IMG/VR virus record: IMGVR_UViG_3300031963_000006
Span: 151,251-215,250 of that record
DNA: 64,000 nucleotides
Direction: 5' to 3' (one strand)
This document shows, one piece after another, positions 11,444-21,207 of the stretch. The notes under the pieces are model-generated. The model did not search any database. It had not been told where the DNA came from and saw nothing but the letters and a program-made list of their open reading frames with translations. The first letter of the stretch is position 1, and the number at the start of each line of letters is the position of its first letter. Both the position numbers and the translations under genes were made by a program.

Positions 11444-12244
11444 ATGAAAGAAAAAAACACCGGTATTCCAATTAATCAAGAAGAAATTCAACATTACCTA
11501 AAAGATATTCGTAAAATTAAGGTTATGACCCCCGAGAGGGAACGTGAGTTGGCTAAGATGATTCAATCTGAAAATCTAACCAAACAACAACGAGATGAAA
11601 TCAACCAAGAAATTTTGGAAGGTAATCTCAGGTTTGTTATCACGGTGGCAAAACAATATCAAAATCAAGGTTTGGATTTTCCTGACTTGATTGCCGAGGG
11701 TAACTTAGGACTATTGAAAGCCATTCAAAACTTTGATTGGAGTAAAAACTTGAGGTTTATATCATATGCGGTTTGGTGGGTTAAACAATCTATCTTACAG
11801 TCCCTCAACGACAACGCTCGTACTATTCGACTTCCAGTAAATGTGGTTCAGGACCTACAACGAGCAAAGAAAGAGGTGGAATCTAAGGGTGGTAAATTGG
11901 ATGAGAGATTTGAAATGTTACCGTCTATTATTGATTTGGATATGAACATCAATGAAGAAGGTGATACTTTGGTTGATGTTATTAAGAACGAAGACGCGGA
12001 TATGCCTGATGCGGTGTTTAATAACAAAGACGTTCTTAAGATGGAACTAGTTGGATTGTTAAACGTTTTGGATGAGAGAGAACGAATAATCATATTGGAT
12101 TATTTCGGACTATCAGGTACACCAAGAACACTCGAAGACATAGGGTCTGACTTTAATTTGACGAAAGAGAGAGTACGACAAATTAAAGAAAAGGCTCTAA
12201 GAAAACTGAGGAACGAAAGTTCGGTTTTGTTCGACTACATGTAA
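11444..12244 (+). CDS. RNA polymerase sigma-70 factor, Bacteroidota sigma-A-like
   Basis: NLRFVITVAKQYQNQG, DLIAEGNLGL, FISYAVWW, TLEDIG..TKERVRQIKEKALRKLR; no region 1.1. Confidence 0.95.
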   Translation: MKEKNTGIPINQEEIQHYLKDIRKIKVMTPERERELAKMIQSENLTKQQRDEINQEILEGNLRFVITVAKQYQNQGLDFPDLIAEGNLGLLKAIQNFDWSKNLRFISYAVWWVKQSILQSLNDNARTIRLPVNVVQDLQRAKKEVESKGGKLDERFEMLPSIIDLDMNINEEGDTLVDVIKNEDADMPDAVFNNKDVLKMELVGLLNVLDERERIIILDYFGLSGTPRTLEDIGSDFNLTKERVRQIKEKALRKLRNESSVLFDYM

Positions 12245-12251
12245 AAAACAG

Positions 12252-12289
12252 AAAACCTTCTATTTATTATGATAGAAGGTTTTTTATTT
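12252..12289 (+). terminator. Intrinsic terminator after the sigma gene, with TATTTAT inside the hairpin
   Basis: 12-bp stem aaaaccttctat/atagaaggtttt followed by a T-run. Confidence 0.7.
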
Positions 12290-12309
12290 TATTTAAAAAC
12301 TAATTTGAT

Positions 12310-12603
12310 ATGAAAAATTTTTTAAACATTTTGGATGTGTGGGGAGTTAGATTAATGACCCTATTAATTCTTATTATTTTTATGAAAACTTGTTCTACAA
12401 ACTCTCGAGTAGATAAGGTTAAAACACAAGTACAATTAAACAATGCAAAAATAGATTCTTTGACCATTGAGTTGAGAAAAGAAATCAGAATCGAAGGTCT
12501 CGAAACTGAAAGAAGAATGATTCAATCAACTGACAGAGACATCATGGATGTAAATAGACAGGGTAAAATTGGAGAGATAATCGACAGTTTAAGAGCCCAA
12601 TGA
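12310..12603 (+). CDS. Membrane-anchored coiled-coil protein
   Basis: N-terminal TM segment. Confidence 0.7.
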   Translation: MKNFLNILDVWGVRLMTLLILIIFMKTCSTNSRVDKVKTQVQLNNAKIDSLTIELRKEIRIEGLETERRMIQSTDRDIMDVNRQGKIGEIIDSLRAQ

Positions 12604-13340
12604 TAAAGAAATCTTTACAGTGGATTAAGGATAATCCAAACAGAACAATGTTCTTGGTCCCAATTATATTGGTAGCCGGAATATCAATCTCTCACGTAGT
12701 TGCATGGTACGATATCGCCAATCCAATTAATTGGGCAATTTATCTTTCAATCGCAATCGAGGTAGGTGCGATGACAGCTCTTGTTGCGGCAACAAATAAA
12801 ATAAAGGGTGGAGTTTGGTTTATGTTTGGATTGGTCACCTTAATACAAATGATAGGTAATATTTTTTATTCGTATAAAGAAATCGATGCTAATAGTGAAT
12901 TGTTCAAAGCATGGGTGGAGTTAACCTCACCACTTTGGGAGGCTTTAGGGTCCGATACGAATGATGTTATCTCACTAAAAAGATGGTTGGCGTTTTTAGA
13001 AGGGGGGTTACTTCCGATAATTTCATTAACATCATTACACTTCTTTACAAAATATGATAGTGGTAAAAAGTCTGAAGTAGTTGTTGAAGAAAAGTTTGTT
13101 GAGATAGAAAAAATAGTTGAAGTCGAAAAGATTGTAGAAGTACCGGTTGAGGTAGAAAAAATTGTTGAAAAAGTAATTGAAGTACCGGTTGAGGTTGAGA
13201 AAATTGTAGAGGTTCCTGTCGAAGTTGAAAAAATAGTTGAAAGAATAGTGGAAGTTCCGGTTGAAAATAAGTTAGATGAAGTGATTGAAGAACCAACAGA
13301 AACTGATTCACAGGTAAAAAGACTAACCTACAGAAAATAA
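12600..13340 (+). CDS. Multi-TM membrane protein with C-terminal EKIVEVPV repeats
   Basis: About 4 TM segments plus tandem VEKIVEVP repeats. Confidence 0.8.
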   Translation: MIKKSLQWIKDNPNRTMFLVPIILVAGISISHVVAWYDIANPINWAIYLSIAIEVGAMTALVAATNKIKGGVWFMFGLVTLIQMIGNIFYSYKEIDANSELFKAWVELTSPLWEALGSDTNDVISLKRWLAFLEGGLLPIISLTSLHFFTKYDSGKKSEVVVEEKFVEIEKIVEVEKIVEVPVEVEKIVEKVIEVPVEVEKIVEVPVEVEKIVERIVEVPVENKLDEVIEEPTETDSQVKRLTYRK

Positions 13341-13360
13341 ATCACAAATTGTGATATATT

Positions 13361-13966
13361 ATGATAGAAGTTATCAAATACGGTGATTTCAAGCCGACAG
13401 GTAAACAGAAGAAAAAACAACAAATTATATTACAACACACCTCAAGAAATATTGAGGAATATCTCCTTAGTTTGAAATATAGATTTAACGGTGGGTATAA
13501 AAAAATACCTAACTACGTTGTCAGTCGAGATGGAAAGATATTACAACTTTTAGAAAACGAATCTCACTCTAAAATATTTTCTGAAGAAAACATAAACAGA
13601 AATTCCATAATTATTTCATTGGAAAATTTGGGATGGTTAGAAAAAGAACCATTAAATAATCAATATGTTAACTGGATTGGAGATATTTATAAGGGTGACG
13701 CTTATGAAAAAAAATGGAGAGACTATTTTTTTTGGCAACCTTATACCGAAACTCAAATAGAATACACTGCTAAATTGTGTAGAAAAATTTTAGATGAGAC
13801 AGGAATACCAAGAGAGGTTGTGGAACATAACACACGTATAAATGGAGTTGAGAAATTTAGAGGGGTAACCTCAAAAAGTAATTTCGATAGTGTTTTTACT
13901 GATTTGAGTCCGGCCTTTAATTTTGAAACATTTTTAAAATATTTGAATGATGAACAATTCACATGA
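13361..13966 (+). CDS. N-acetylmuramoyl-L-alanine amidase-like protein (Amidase_2 fold, divergent)
   Basis: IILQHT, NYVVSRDGKI, SIIISLE, YTETQ, DLSPAF. Confidence 0.65.
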   Translation: MIEVIKYGDFKPTGKQKKKQQIILQHTSRNIEEYLLSLKYRFNGGYKKIPNYVVSRDGKILQLLENESHSKIFSEENINRNSIIISLENLGWLEKEPLNNQYVNWIGDIYKGDAYEKKWRDYFFWQPYTETQIEYTAKLCRKILDETGIPREVVEHNTRINGVEKFRGVTSKSNFDSVFTDLSPAFNFETFLKYLNDEQFT

Positions 13967-14555
13967 TGAAATTAAAAAATTATTAAAAGCTTCGAGGAGT
14001 ATGCTCTCGAATAATACCATCAACGAACAGATAAGTGAGATTAAGAATAGATATGGTATTATTACAGAACAGGGTTCGGACTTAGCGTCAGATAACATCA
14101 CTAAAAAAATGAATATTGCTAAGTCTGTTGAGGATAAAATCGAAGACGATACTGAACCCGACAGAGATAAAAGTCAGGGTTATAGAATATCAGGGGGAAT
14201 AATGGTTTTACACGGAAAAGATTCCTCAGATTTAGAATTGACAACCGACGATAAAATCGCGTTCCAAGAAACAATGGATGAGTTTGTTAATGAGGTATCA
14301 GACTTGGTAGATTTTAATAAATTAAACGTATATCCAAACAATGTTGAATGGTCAGGAAAAATTATCGATTTTGATATTGAATTTTTCTTTTCAATAGGTG
14401 AAGACGGAGGAATGTACATTAATGGAGATATGATTAAGGCTGATGAAAATTTTGTGGAGATGATTAATAAGTTAAAAACTTATTATGATAAGTTCAAGTC
14501 AAAATGGGCTAAAGTTTTGGCTTCACGTAAAAAAACAAATAAGGTAGAAAAATGA
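13947..14555 (+). CDS. Hypothetical protein
   Basis: ORF; INE/ITE motifs in the N-terminus. Confidence 0.75.
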   Translation: MMNNSHDEIKKLLKASRSMLSNNTINEQISEIKNRYGIITEQGSDLASDNITKKMNIAKSVEDKIEDDTEPDRDKSQGYRISGGIMVLHGKDSSDLELTTDDKIAFQETMDEFVNEVSDLVDFNKLNVYPNNVEWSGKIIDFDIEFFFSIGEDGGMYINGDMIKADENFVEMINKLKTYYDKFKSKWAKVLASRKKTNKVEK

Positions 14556-14899
14556 ACGAAATTTTAAAAACAGTATTGTTATTTGTTATAGTAGCTTTGG
14601 TGGGATATTCAGTTTTCTTGACTAATGGTATAAAAACTGATGTTCAATCGCACTATGATAAGATTGATAGTTTACAAATATCTATAGATTCCGCAACGGC
14701 TGTAAACTCAATGATAGACGAAAAATTACTAAAATTAGATGCCGACATAAACAATGTGACTAACGAAATTTTGGCGGTAGACCAAACAATAAACGATATT
14801 AAAATTCAAACAAATGGTAAGGTTATTAATGTTGATAAGTATACTCATACTGAGCTTAAAAAGTTTTTCTCAAAAAGATACAACTCAGCTGGAAATTAG
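14552..14899 (+). CDS. TM + coiled-coil protein (spanin-like architecture, unproven)
   Basis: N-terminal TM and coiled coil; overlaps the next gene. Confidence 0.6.
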   Translation: MNEILKTVLLFVIVALVGYSVFLTNGIKTDVQSHYDKIDSLQISIDSATAVNSMIDEKLLKLDADINNVTNEILAVDQTINDIKIQTNGKVINVDKYTHTELKKFFSKRYNSAGN

Positions 14900-15218
14900 T
14901 ACTCAGACTGCACGACTGATTATAAAAGATTTAATTAAGTATGATGGATGTAAAGACGAGTTGACTCAAGCTTATATAAAAATTGGAAAGCTTGAAGAAA
15001 GAGAATCTCTTAAAGACACCATGATAACTTATTTGGAAAAGAAAGATTCAACATACCAATTTATTATTCAACAAAAAGATGGTCAAATAGTTGAGTACGG
15101 TAAAGTAAATACAAAACTCCAAAGTGAATTGGACTCTAAGAATAAACAATTCAAATGGTATAAACGAGGTACTATCGCAGGAGGAGTATTTCTTATACTA
15201 TTACTATTAGCAATTTAA
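14814..15218 (+). CDS. Signal peptide + coiled coil + C-terminal TM protein
   Basis: Hydrophobic ends. Confidence 0.65.
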   Translation: MVRLLMLISILILSLKSFSQKDTTQLEISTQTARLIIKDLIKYDGCKDELTQAYIKIGKLEERESLKDTMITYLEKKDSTYQFIIQQKDGQIVEYGKVNTKLQSELDSKNKQFKWYKRGTIAGGVFLILLLLAI

Positions 15219-15220
15219 CT

Positions 15221-15466
15221 ATGGCACTTTCAGATTCAGATAAAAAACAAATAGAAGTTATGATTCGAAAGGAAATTAAGGATTTCATCGGAAGTAACAC
15301 TATGAGACAGTATGAGGATAAGATTTTAGAATTAGTGTCTAAAGAAATCCGTAGAGGTAAACTTGAAAGTGACACTAAAGAAATAGTAATAAAAGTCTTC
15401 AGAGAGTTCTACAATTTTATGTGGTCTCAACGAGGATATTGGGAACCAAGATTAAAAAATGCGTAA
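15221..15466 (+). CDS. Hypothetical protein
   Basis: In-operon ORF. Confidence 0.7.
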   Translation: MALSDSDKKQIEVMIRKEIKDFIGSNTMRQYEDKILELVSKEIRRGKLESDTKEIVIKVFREFYNFMWSQRGYWEPRLKNA

Positions 15467-16394
15467 AATTAAATTAACCGAGAATATTCTCAAGCAACTT
15501 TCTTCAAAAATTTCAGACAATATTTTGTCTAATTCTAATATTATGTCAACAAATCCTATCGAAGGAATGAAAGACATTAATGTTTTACAAAAAAAGATAG
15601 AGAGTAATGAGGAAATTGAAGAAAAATGGTCTGAAAAATACAAAAAAAGTATAGATTGTAACAATCCCAAAGGATTTAGCCAAAAAGCCCATTGCCAAGG
15701 AAGAAAAAAGAAAGTAAAGGAAGAGATTGAAGAATCTGAAGTTAAAGACATAAAACTGTATGACTTGGCAAAACAACATTCTAAAAGTGATTCTACTGAA
15801 AAAATTTCCAAAATATATAATATTCTCAAGAGACAACTTAAAAAAGGGATGAAAGTTGAAATGGAACATGAGATGGGTCTTAAAAAGGCTAAGAAAATTG
15901 CAATGGACCACCTTAAGGAAGACCCAAAATATTATGATAAACTAGAGAAGATAGAGAATAAGGAAGCGACTGGTGCAGGGGTGGCCGGAGGTTTTGTTGG
16001 ACCTGTAGGATTTAATCCTGATAGTGATTTTGTTAAGAAAAGCTTTAAAGAGACTCCTAAAAAAATTGAATCAAATGAAGCCACGGGCGCTTCCTCAGCT
16101 GGCGCATATGACGCTCCTGGATTTGAAGATGTTAATATGAAAGGTAATCATGAACGTGGTTCAGGTAAGTCGTTCAAAAAAACACAGATACCCCAAGGAA
16201 AGTTCGTTCAAGTAAAAAAGAAATGTAAAAAGTTTCCTTATTGTAATCAAGGAGATATTAAAGCTTTAAACATATTTGAAAATAACACTCTCAACAAGGT
16301 TATTAAAGATGTTAGTAAAAAGTATAACATCAGTGAACAGGTCGTTAAAAATATTATAGAGTACGAATATAATTTGATAAAAGATAAACTATAA
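15459..16394 (+). CDS. DUF5661-like domain protein
   Basis: GMKVEMEH...KIAMDHLKEDPKYYDKL. Confidence 0.65.
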   Translation: MRKIKLTENILKQLSSKISDNILSNSNIMSTNPIEGMKDINVLQKKIESNEEIEEKWSEKYKKSIDCNNPKGFSQKAHCQGRKKKVKEEIEESEVKDIKLYDLAKQHSKSDSTEKISKIYNILKRQLKKGMKVEMEHEMGLKKAKKIAMDHLKEDPKYYDKLEKIENKEATGAGVAGGFVGPVGFNPDSDFVKKSFKETPKKIESNEATGASSAGAYDAPGFEDVNMKGNHERGSGKSFKKTQIPQGKFVQVKKKCKKFPYCNQGDIKALNIFENNTLNKVIKDVSKKYNISEQVVKNIIEYEYNLIKDKL

Positions 16395-16429
16395 CGTAAA
16401 AATTAGATATTTATAAATAAAAAAATCGC

Positions 16430-17647
16430 ATGAAAAAGTCTTTAAACAACTATATTAATTCGTTAGTAAATAAAATTATTAACGAAACTATTGAAGAAAG
16501 AGCTGACGAATTAGTTACAAAATTAACCGAAGGTGATAAAATGGTTTGTGAACAATGTGGTGGAGAAACGAGAGAGGGAATTTGTGAACAGTGTTCATCT
16601 GGTTCTATGAATGAAACTGATAATTTTGACTATGTTGCTGAAGAAGAGGAATTTGGTTCAGACCCGGCAGGTATGATTGATAAATTCTGTGATACAAGTA
16701 GTGATGAATATAATAAAGCTGCTTGTAAATATCATGAAGAAAGATTTATGGGTGGTGAAGTAAGTGAAAAATTACACGGTGGGCAGAAAAAAATTGATGT
16801 TGCAGAACCTAAAGGTAAAATTACAGGTGCTGACTTCAAAAAATTAAGAAGCATGAAAAAAGAAACTGATGAAGAAGTTGAAGAAGGTAATGCTTTTACA
16901 GGCGCTTTGGCTAATGCTAAAGAAGAAGGATATGAAACTTTTGAAGTTGATGGTAAAAAGTATAATGTTAAAGAATCTATTAGAATGACAGAAAGTGAAA
17001 TGATTGATTTCATTGAAAAAATTGTTTTGCAGGAGGAGGAAAAATTAAAGTCTATGGGTAAAACTAAAGGTCTTAATGTTTATCAAAAGGCCCACACCGC
17101 TTCAGGAAAGGAAAATAAAGAATACTTACAATCTGTCGTTAAAAAAATGAAGGATTATTTGAAAGATGGTTCTAAAGGAGAATATGATATGAATCCTGAA
17201 ATATTTCCAAAGGGAAACGGAGAGTTAGCTAAGATGGATAAAAAGGCTTACACACCTTCAGATGCGGTTAAAGATTATACAGATAATTTTATAGCTGCGG
17301 GATTAGAAAATCTTGATTATGATGAAATTCATCCTAATGAGGATTGGGTTGATGACAATGTTGAGGGTTCTTCAAGAACTGGAAACAATCCTGAATGGGT
17401 AAATACAGGTAAATCTGATGTTAACAAAAAAAGAAATAAAATTAGAAAAGACAACATGTTAGCGAAGGTTAAAAGAAAAGCTTACAATAAGTCACCACAA
17501 CCAGTCGTTCAAGACACTCAAGATGGAGAAAAGGCTAATAAGATTTTGATGAAATTGGAGTCAGTTGATGAAAAAACCACAAAACAAATAAATGAAGAGT
17601 TTGAAAGAATGAAAAATTTAATTGGTTATAATCAAAAGACTCAATAA
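16430..17647 (+). CDS. Acidic protein, probable head/internal protein
   Basis: TATTTAT upstream; several (I/L/M)xE sites; C-terminal INEEFERMKNLIGY. Confidence 0.7.
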   Translation: MKKSLNNYINSLVNKIINETIEERADELVTKLTEGDKMVCEQCGGETREGICEQCSSGSMNETDNFDYVAEEEEFGSDPAGMIDKFCDTSSDEYNKAACKYHEERFMGGEVSEKLHGGQKKIDVAEPKGKITGADFKKLRSMKKETDEEVEEGNAFTGALANAKEEGYETFEVDGKKYNVKESIRMTESEMIDFIEKIVLQEEEKLKSMGKTKGLNVYQKAHTASGKENKEYLQSVVKKMKDYLKDGSKGEYDMNPEIFPKGNGELAKMDKKAYTPSDAVKDYTDNFIAAGLENLDYDEIHPNEDWVDDNVEGSSRTGNNPEWVNTGKSDVNKKRNKIRKDNMLAKVKRKAYNKSPQPVVQDTQDGEKANKILMKLESVDEKTTKQINEEFERMKNLIGYNQKTQ

Positions 17648-17694
17648 TATACATTAAAAATATCTTAACTATATTTTATCCATAAGAGTTTCTT

Positions 17695-18162
17695 ATGGAT
17701 AATTTTTTTAATTACGTTACAAAACAGGTTAGCCCTGAAGAAGTTGATTTATGGTTCAAAAGTAACAACATAATTCCTGAAAAATTGGAATTGTTCTCTG
17801 ATTTTTGTAGGTCATTAAATGAGTTAATAATCGAGACTTATTTAGGAGAAACGGATTCACCGAATGAAACAAAAGTTAATATGTCTGAAGAGGATAAGAT
17901 TAATCACTTTATTTGGTGCTGGAATAAAGTCATAGATAACTTTTTAAAAGAAAACATCAAGTTCAGCAAAAAAGGAGAACACTTCGATTACATGGTTTCA
18001 TTTTTCGAAGAAATATTCTACAAACAAGAAAATAAAAAAGTAAGAGATTCAGTTACTGATTTTTTTGAAGACCTTTTTGATTTGAAAACACCGTTCACCA
18101 AATCTGATTTGGACATGATAAGTACTGTCTATAAAAGTCTCGATAAAAATATGAATAAATAA
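17695..18162 (+). CDS. Hypothetical protein
   Basis: ORF. Confidence 0.75.
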   Translation: MDNFFNYVTKQVSPEEVDLWFKSNNIIPEKLELFSDFCRSLNELIIETYLGETDSPNETKVNMSEEDKINHFIWCWNKVIDNFLKENIKFSKKGEHFDYMVSFFEEIFYKQENKKVRDSVTDFFEDLFDLKTPFTKSDLDMISTVYKSLDKNMNK

Positions 18163-18240
18163 AAAAATTGTTTTTCTCTTTACTACTATCAAGGAAAAAT
18201 TAATATTAATTATTATAATAAATTTGTAAAAATAATTACG

Positions 18241-18423
18241 ATGGAAACTTTAGAAAAAATCAAATCACTGACAGAAGAACTGTCAATGGATGCGACCAAA
18301 TTCTTCAAAGGTAATAAAAGTGCTGGGACAAGAGCTAGAAAATCTGCTCAAGAACTTAAGGCTTTGTTACAAACCTTGAGAGGTGAAATTTTGGAAGAAA
18401 GAAAAAAAACTGATAATGCTTAA
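18241..18423 (+). CDS. Histone H1-like (Hc1-family) small DNA-binding protein
   Basis: GNKSAGTRARKSAQEL motif. Confidence 0.8.
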   Translation: METLEKIKSLTEELSMDATKFFKGNKSAGTRARKSAQELKALLQTLRGEILEERKKTDNA

Positions 18424-18601
18424 TATAGATAATTTATTTTTTTTCATTTTCATTTTTTCAGTTTTAGTTGTTTTAAGAACAACAGTTAGGTTAATAGGCG
18501 CCCTGTCACAAAACTCTGAAACAAGAGTTATTAAAAGTGATAGGGAGCTTGTTATCCTCGGATTAACAATATCATACATCATAACTTACTTATTTCGATA
18601 A
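18416..18601 (+). CDS. Small 2-TM membrane protein
   Basis: Start at MLNIDN; two hydrophobic segments. Confidence 0.6.
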   Translation: MLNIDNLFFFIFIFSVLVVLRTTVRLIGALSQNSETRVIKSDRELVILGLTISYIITYLFR

Positions 18602-18605
18602 TCAT

Positions 18606-19037
18606 ATGAGTCTATATAAAGAATTTTCAAGTTTATTTCCTTATTTACAATCGGTTAGGAAGTTAAAAAACTATTTAAGTTTTGATGTAAGTTTTCCTGA
18701 ATCATGGAAGTTACCCAAAAAGTATGTTGAAGAGGATAAAATCCTACAACAAGAATCACAAACACCGGGTGAAAAACTATTCTCATTTGTTTCTGAGTTT
18801 AATGAAGAAGAAGTAGAGAGAGTATCCGGAAATGTTAAAAATATTATCAATTATAATTTGGAAAGAGAAGAAAAAGAAAGATTATTCCAATCCAAAGTTG
18901 ACGAGTTAAAAAATGTATTTGAAAAACAAAGTCTAACAAATTTAAAAAATCTCAAATTTGATATTAAGTCAACACAAACTTTAGAATTAGAAGACAATGA
19001 AGACGAGCTCAAAACAACTGCAGTGGCTACAAAGTGA
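18606..19037 (+). CDS. Hypothetical protein
   Basis: ORF. Confidence 0.75.
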   Translation: MSLYKEFSSLFPYLQSVRKLKNYLSFDVSFPESWKLPKKYVEEDKILQQESQTPGEKLFSFVSEFNEEEVERVSGNVKNIINYNLEREEKERLFQSKVDELKNVFEKQSLTNLKNLKFDIKSTQTLELEDNEDELKTTAVATK

Positions 19038-19173
19038 AATTGAGAAGGATAAACGAGACATTGAAAATGAAAAACTTAAGTTTATCCAACAAATTAAAAA
19101 AATAAAAAAAGAGGATGTAGTTCCTAAAAAACTGAGTCTATGGAAAAGAATCCTGAGATTATTTATGGGATGA
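18997..19173 (+). CDS. 58-aa hypothetical protein (not in the ORF track)
   Basis: MKTSSKQLQWLQSEIEKDKRD...LWKRILRLFMG; fills the gap in the operon. Confidence 0.6.
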   Translation: MKTSSKQLQWLQSEIEKDKRDIENEKLKFIQQIKKIKKEDVVPKKLSLWKRILRLFMG

Positions 19174-19406
19174 TAGAAAGAATGGCGTTAATTTCTGACG
19201 CTATTGATAACTTATTTATTAACGGTAGAAAAGTTATTGTTATTGAGCTTAATAAGATTGATTTTGAGGAAACCAAAAAACAATTTAAGAATGTAAGTCC
19301 TGATTTAAACCAGTTCAAAATTGATATATCAGGAGTTGAATTTATCTTTATTTTGGATGAGTTGTTGAATGTCTCTGAAGATAAGTCCGAGGAAACCCTT
19401 GGGTAA
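19140..19406 (+). CDS. Hypothetical protein
   Basis: ORF. Confidence 0.65.
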   Translation: MEKNPEIIYGMIERMALISDAIDNLFINGRKVIVIELNKIDFEETKKQFKNVSPDLNQFKIDISGVEFIFILDELLNVSEDKSEETLG

Positions 19407-19989
19407 CCAAAATATCATATAAGTATTTCCTATGGATTGTTGAGTAATCTTTTACTAATATACAATCGTTTTTGTTTGTTTTTCTTAAGTATTGACCTAA
19501 ATCGTCCAAAAACCTATCAGCATCTGAGTTATTCTTAAAAGTGAATAAATTGTAACTCTCATCTATTTGAACCACAATCTTATTATTTAATTTAGATATC
19601 ATCTTGATACCGACCACCGAAAGATATTTTCTAACAAAATCTTTAGAGTTTATTTTCTTTTTAGTTTGATAGTCTAAAAATTCTTCCTCAATTTCAAATG
19701 AAATTATTTTACTGATAGTAAATTCATCATCATCTAAATCAACTTTGATTTGCCTGCCGAGCTCATCTTTGATGAATATTTTATCATTCTTTGAACTTTT
19801 TCTTTCTAATATTGCAAGTTCATAAAATGAGGGATTACCGTTTTCATATTTAACTGGGAAAATAACATTATTAGATTCATCAATAAGACTTTTGAACTTA
19901 GTATTTGTTTTTTTATAAGTTTTAAACTTATTGATTATTTTCTTTTTTACTTTATTTTTGAATAAAACAATTTGGAAATTATAGTCCAT
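19348..19989 (-). CDS. Hypothetical protein
   Basis: 213-aa ORF. Confidence 0.75.
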   Translation of the reverse strand: MDYNFQIVLFKNKVKKKIINKFKTYKKTNTKFKSLIDESNNVIFPVKYENGNPSFYELAILERKSSKNDKIFIKDELGRQIKVDLDDDEFTISKIISFEIEEEFLDYQTKKKINSKDFVRKYLSVVGIKMISKLNNKIVVQIDESYNLFTFKNNSDADRFLDDLGQYLRKTNKNDCILVKDYSTIHRKYLYDILVTQGFPRTYLQRHSTTHPK

Positions 19990-20030
19990 ACTAAATAATA
20001 AGAATCATTAAATAATATTAAATATTGATT

Positions 20031-20957
20031 ATGAGTACTGAAAGTTATTATGACATTTTAGGTGTTTCAGAAACCGCAACACAAGATGAAATTAAAAAGG
20101 CGTATAGAAAGAAGGCGGTAGAACATCACCCTGACAAAGGTGGGGATGAACAAGTATTTAAAAAAATATCAGAGGCGTATGATACGGTAGGTGATGAGAA
20201 TAAACGCAGACAGTATGACGCTCAGAAAAATAATCCGTTTGGAGGAGGGTTCAATCCTTTTGAAGACTTTTTCTCTCAATTTGGAGGAAGACAACAACGT
20301 CAACAAAGACCTCAAGTACCTGATAAGGTTGTAAATCTTGATGTTACGGTTATTGAATCTTATTTGGGTGTTGATAAAACTATTAATTATAGTCGTAAAC
20401 ACGCTTGTAATACTTGTAGCGGTAGTGGGGGTGATAGGAATACCTGTAGTAAATGTAATGGACAAGGTTTCGTTACAGTTAGAATGGGTAATGGAATGTT
20501 CATTCAAATGATGCAACAGATGTGTGATTTATGTGGAGGACAAGGTTCTGTATTGACAAGGAGATGCGGTACTTGTAACGGACAAGGTACAAGGTCTGAA
20601 ATGGAAAGTGTGACATTCAAATTACCGCACGGCTCAGACAACGGTCAATTCTATAGAATGAATGACTTAGGTGATTATCACAATGGTTTTTACGGAAACT
20701 TAGTTATTAAAGTCAACTTGGTTAATTCCGATAACTTTGAAAAAATGGGTAATGATTTAATTTATAACTCTTACCTCAATTTAGATGATTTAAATAAAAA
20801 TTCTGTTGGTGTTCCTCATCCTGACGGTGAAATGAGAGTTAACTTTCCTTTAGAGTTTGATACATCAAAACCCCTTAGAGTAAAATCTAAAGGGTTCAAA
20901 AATGGAGGTCAAGGAGACCTTTATGTAAAATTGTTCGTTAAGTTTAAAAGAGGTTGA
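20031..20957 (+). CDS. dnaJ: DnaJ chaperone
   Basis: J-domain with HPD, G/F region, four CxxCxGxG repeats, C-terminal domain. Confidence 0.95.
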   Translation: MSTESYYDILGVSETATQDEIKKAYRKKAVEHHPDKGGDEQVFKKISEAYDTVGDENKRRQYDAQKNNPFGGGFNPFEDFFSQFGGRQQRQQRPQVPDKVVNLDVTVIESYLGVDKTINYSRKHACNTCSGSGGDRNTCSKCNGQGFVTVRMGNGMFIQMMQQMCDLCGGQGSVLTRRCGTCNGQGTRSEMESVTFKLPHGSDNGQFYRMNDLGDYHNGFYGNLVIKVNLVNSDNFEKMGNDLIYNSYLNLDDLNKNSVGVPHPDGEMRVNFPLEFDTSKPLRVKSKGFKNGGQGDLYVKLFVKFKRG

Positions 20958-21117
20958 TTATATTCTCGATAATTTTAACGGTCCCATAAACTGCGGATAT
21001 TAAAAAATAAACTGTAAAAACAATCAAAGAAGTTGGAAGAGTCTCCAACTTTTTTTGTGCGCTACACTTACTACATGATTTTTTTTCAGGGGTGACATCT
21101 ATTATATTGTTTGACAT
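20944..21117 (-). CDS. 57-aa membrane protein with CxxC (not in the ORF track)
   Basis: MSNNIIDVTPEKKSCSKCSAQ...TM segment. Confidence 0.5.
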   Translation of the reverse strand: MSNNIIDVTPEKKSCSKCSAQKKLETLPTSLIVFTVYFLISAVYGTVKIIENIINLF

Positions 21118-21172
21118 ATTATTAATTTTAAATAAAATATAAGGGTTATTTTCAAATCTATAAATATTTTAT

Positions 21173-21201
21173 TTGCCTTTTTAAAATTTATTGTTTATTA
21201 T
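21173..21201 (+). promoter_or_regulatory. TTGCCT-N17-TATTAT promoter, 6 nt before the MTase ATG
   Basis: Read directly from the sequence. Confidence 0.55.
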
Positions 21202-21207
21202 TAACTC

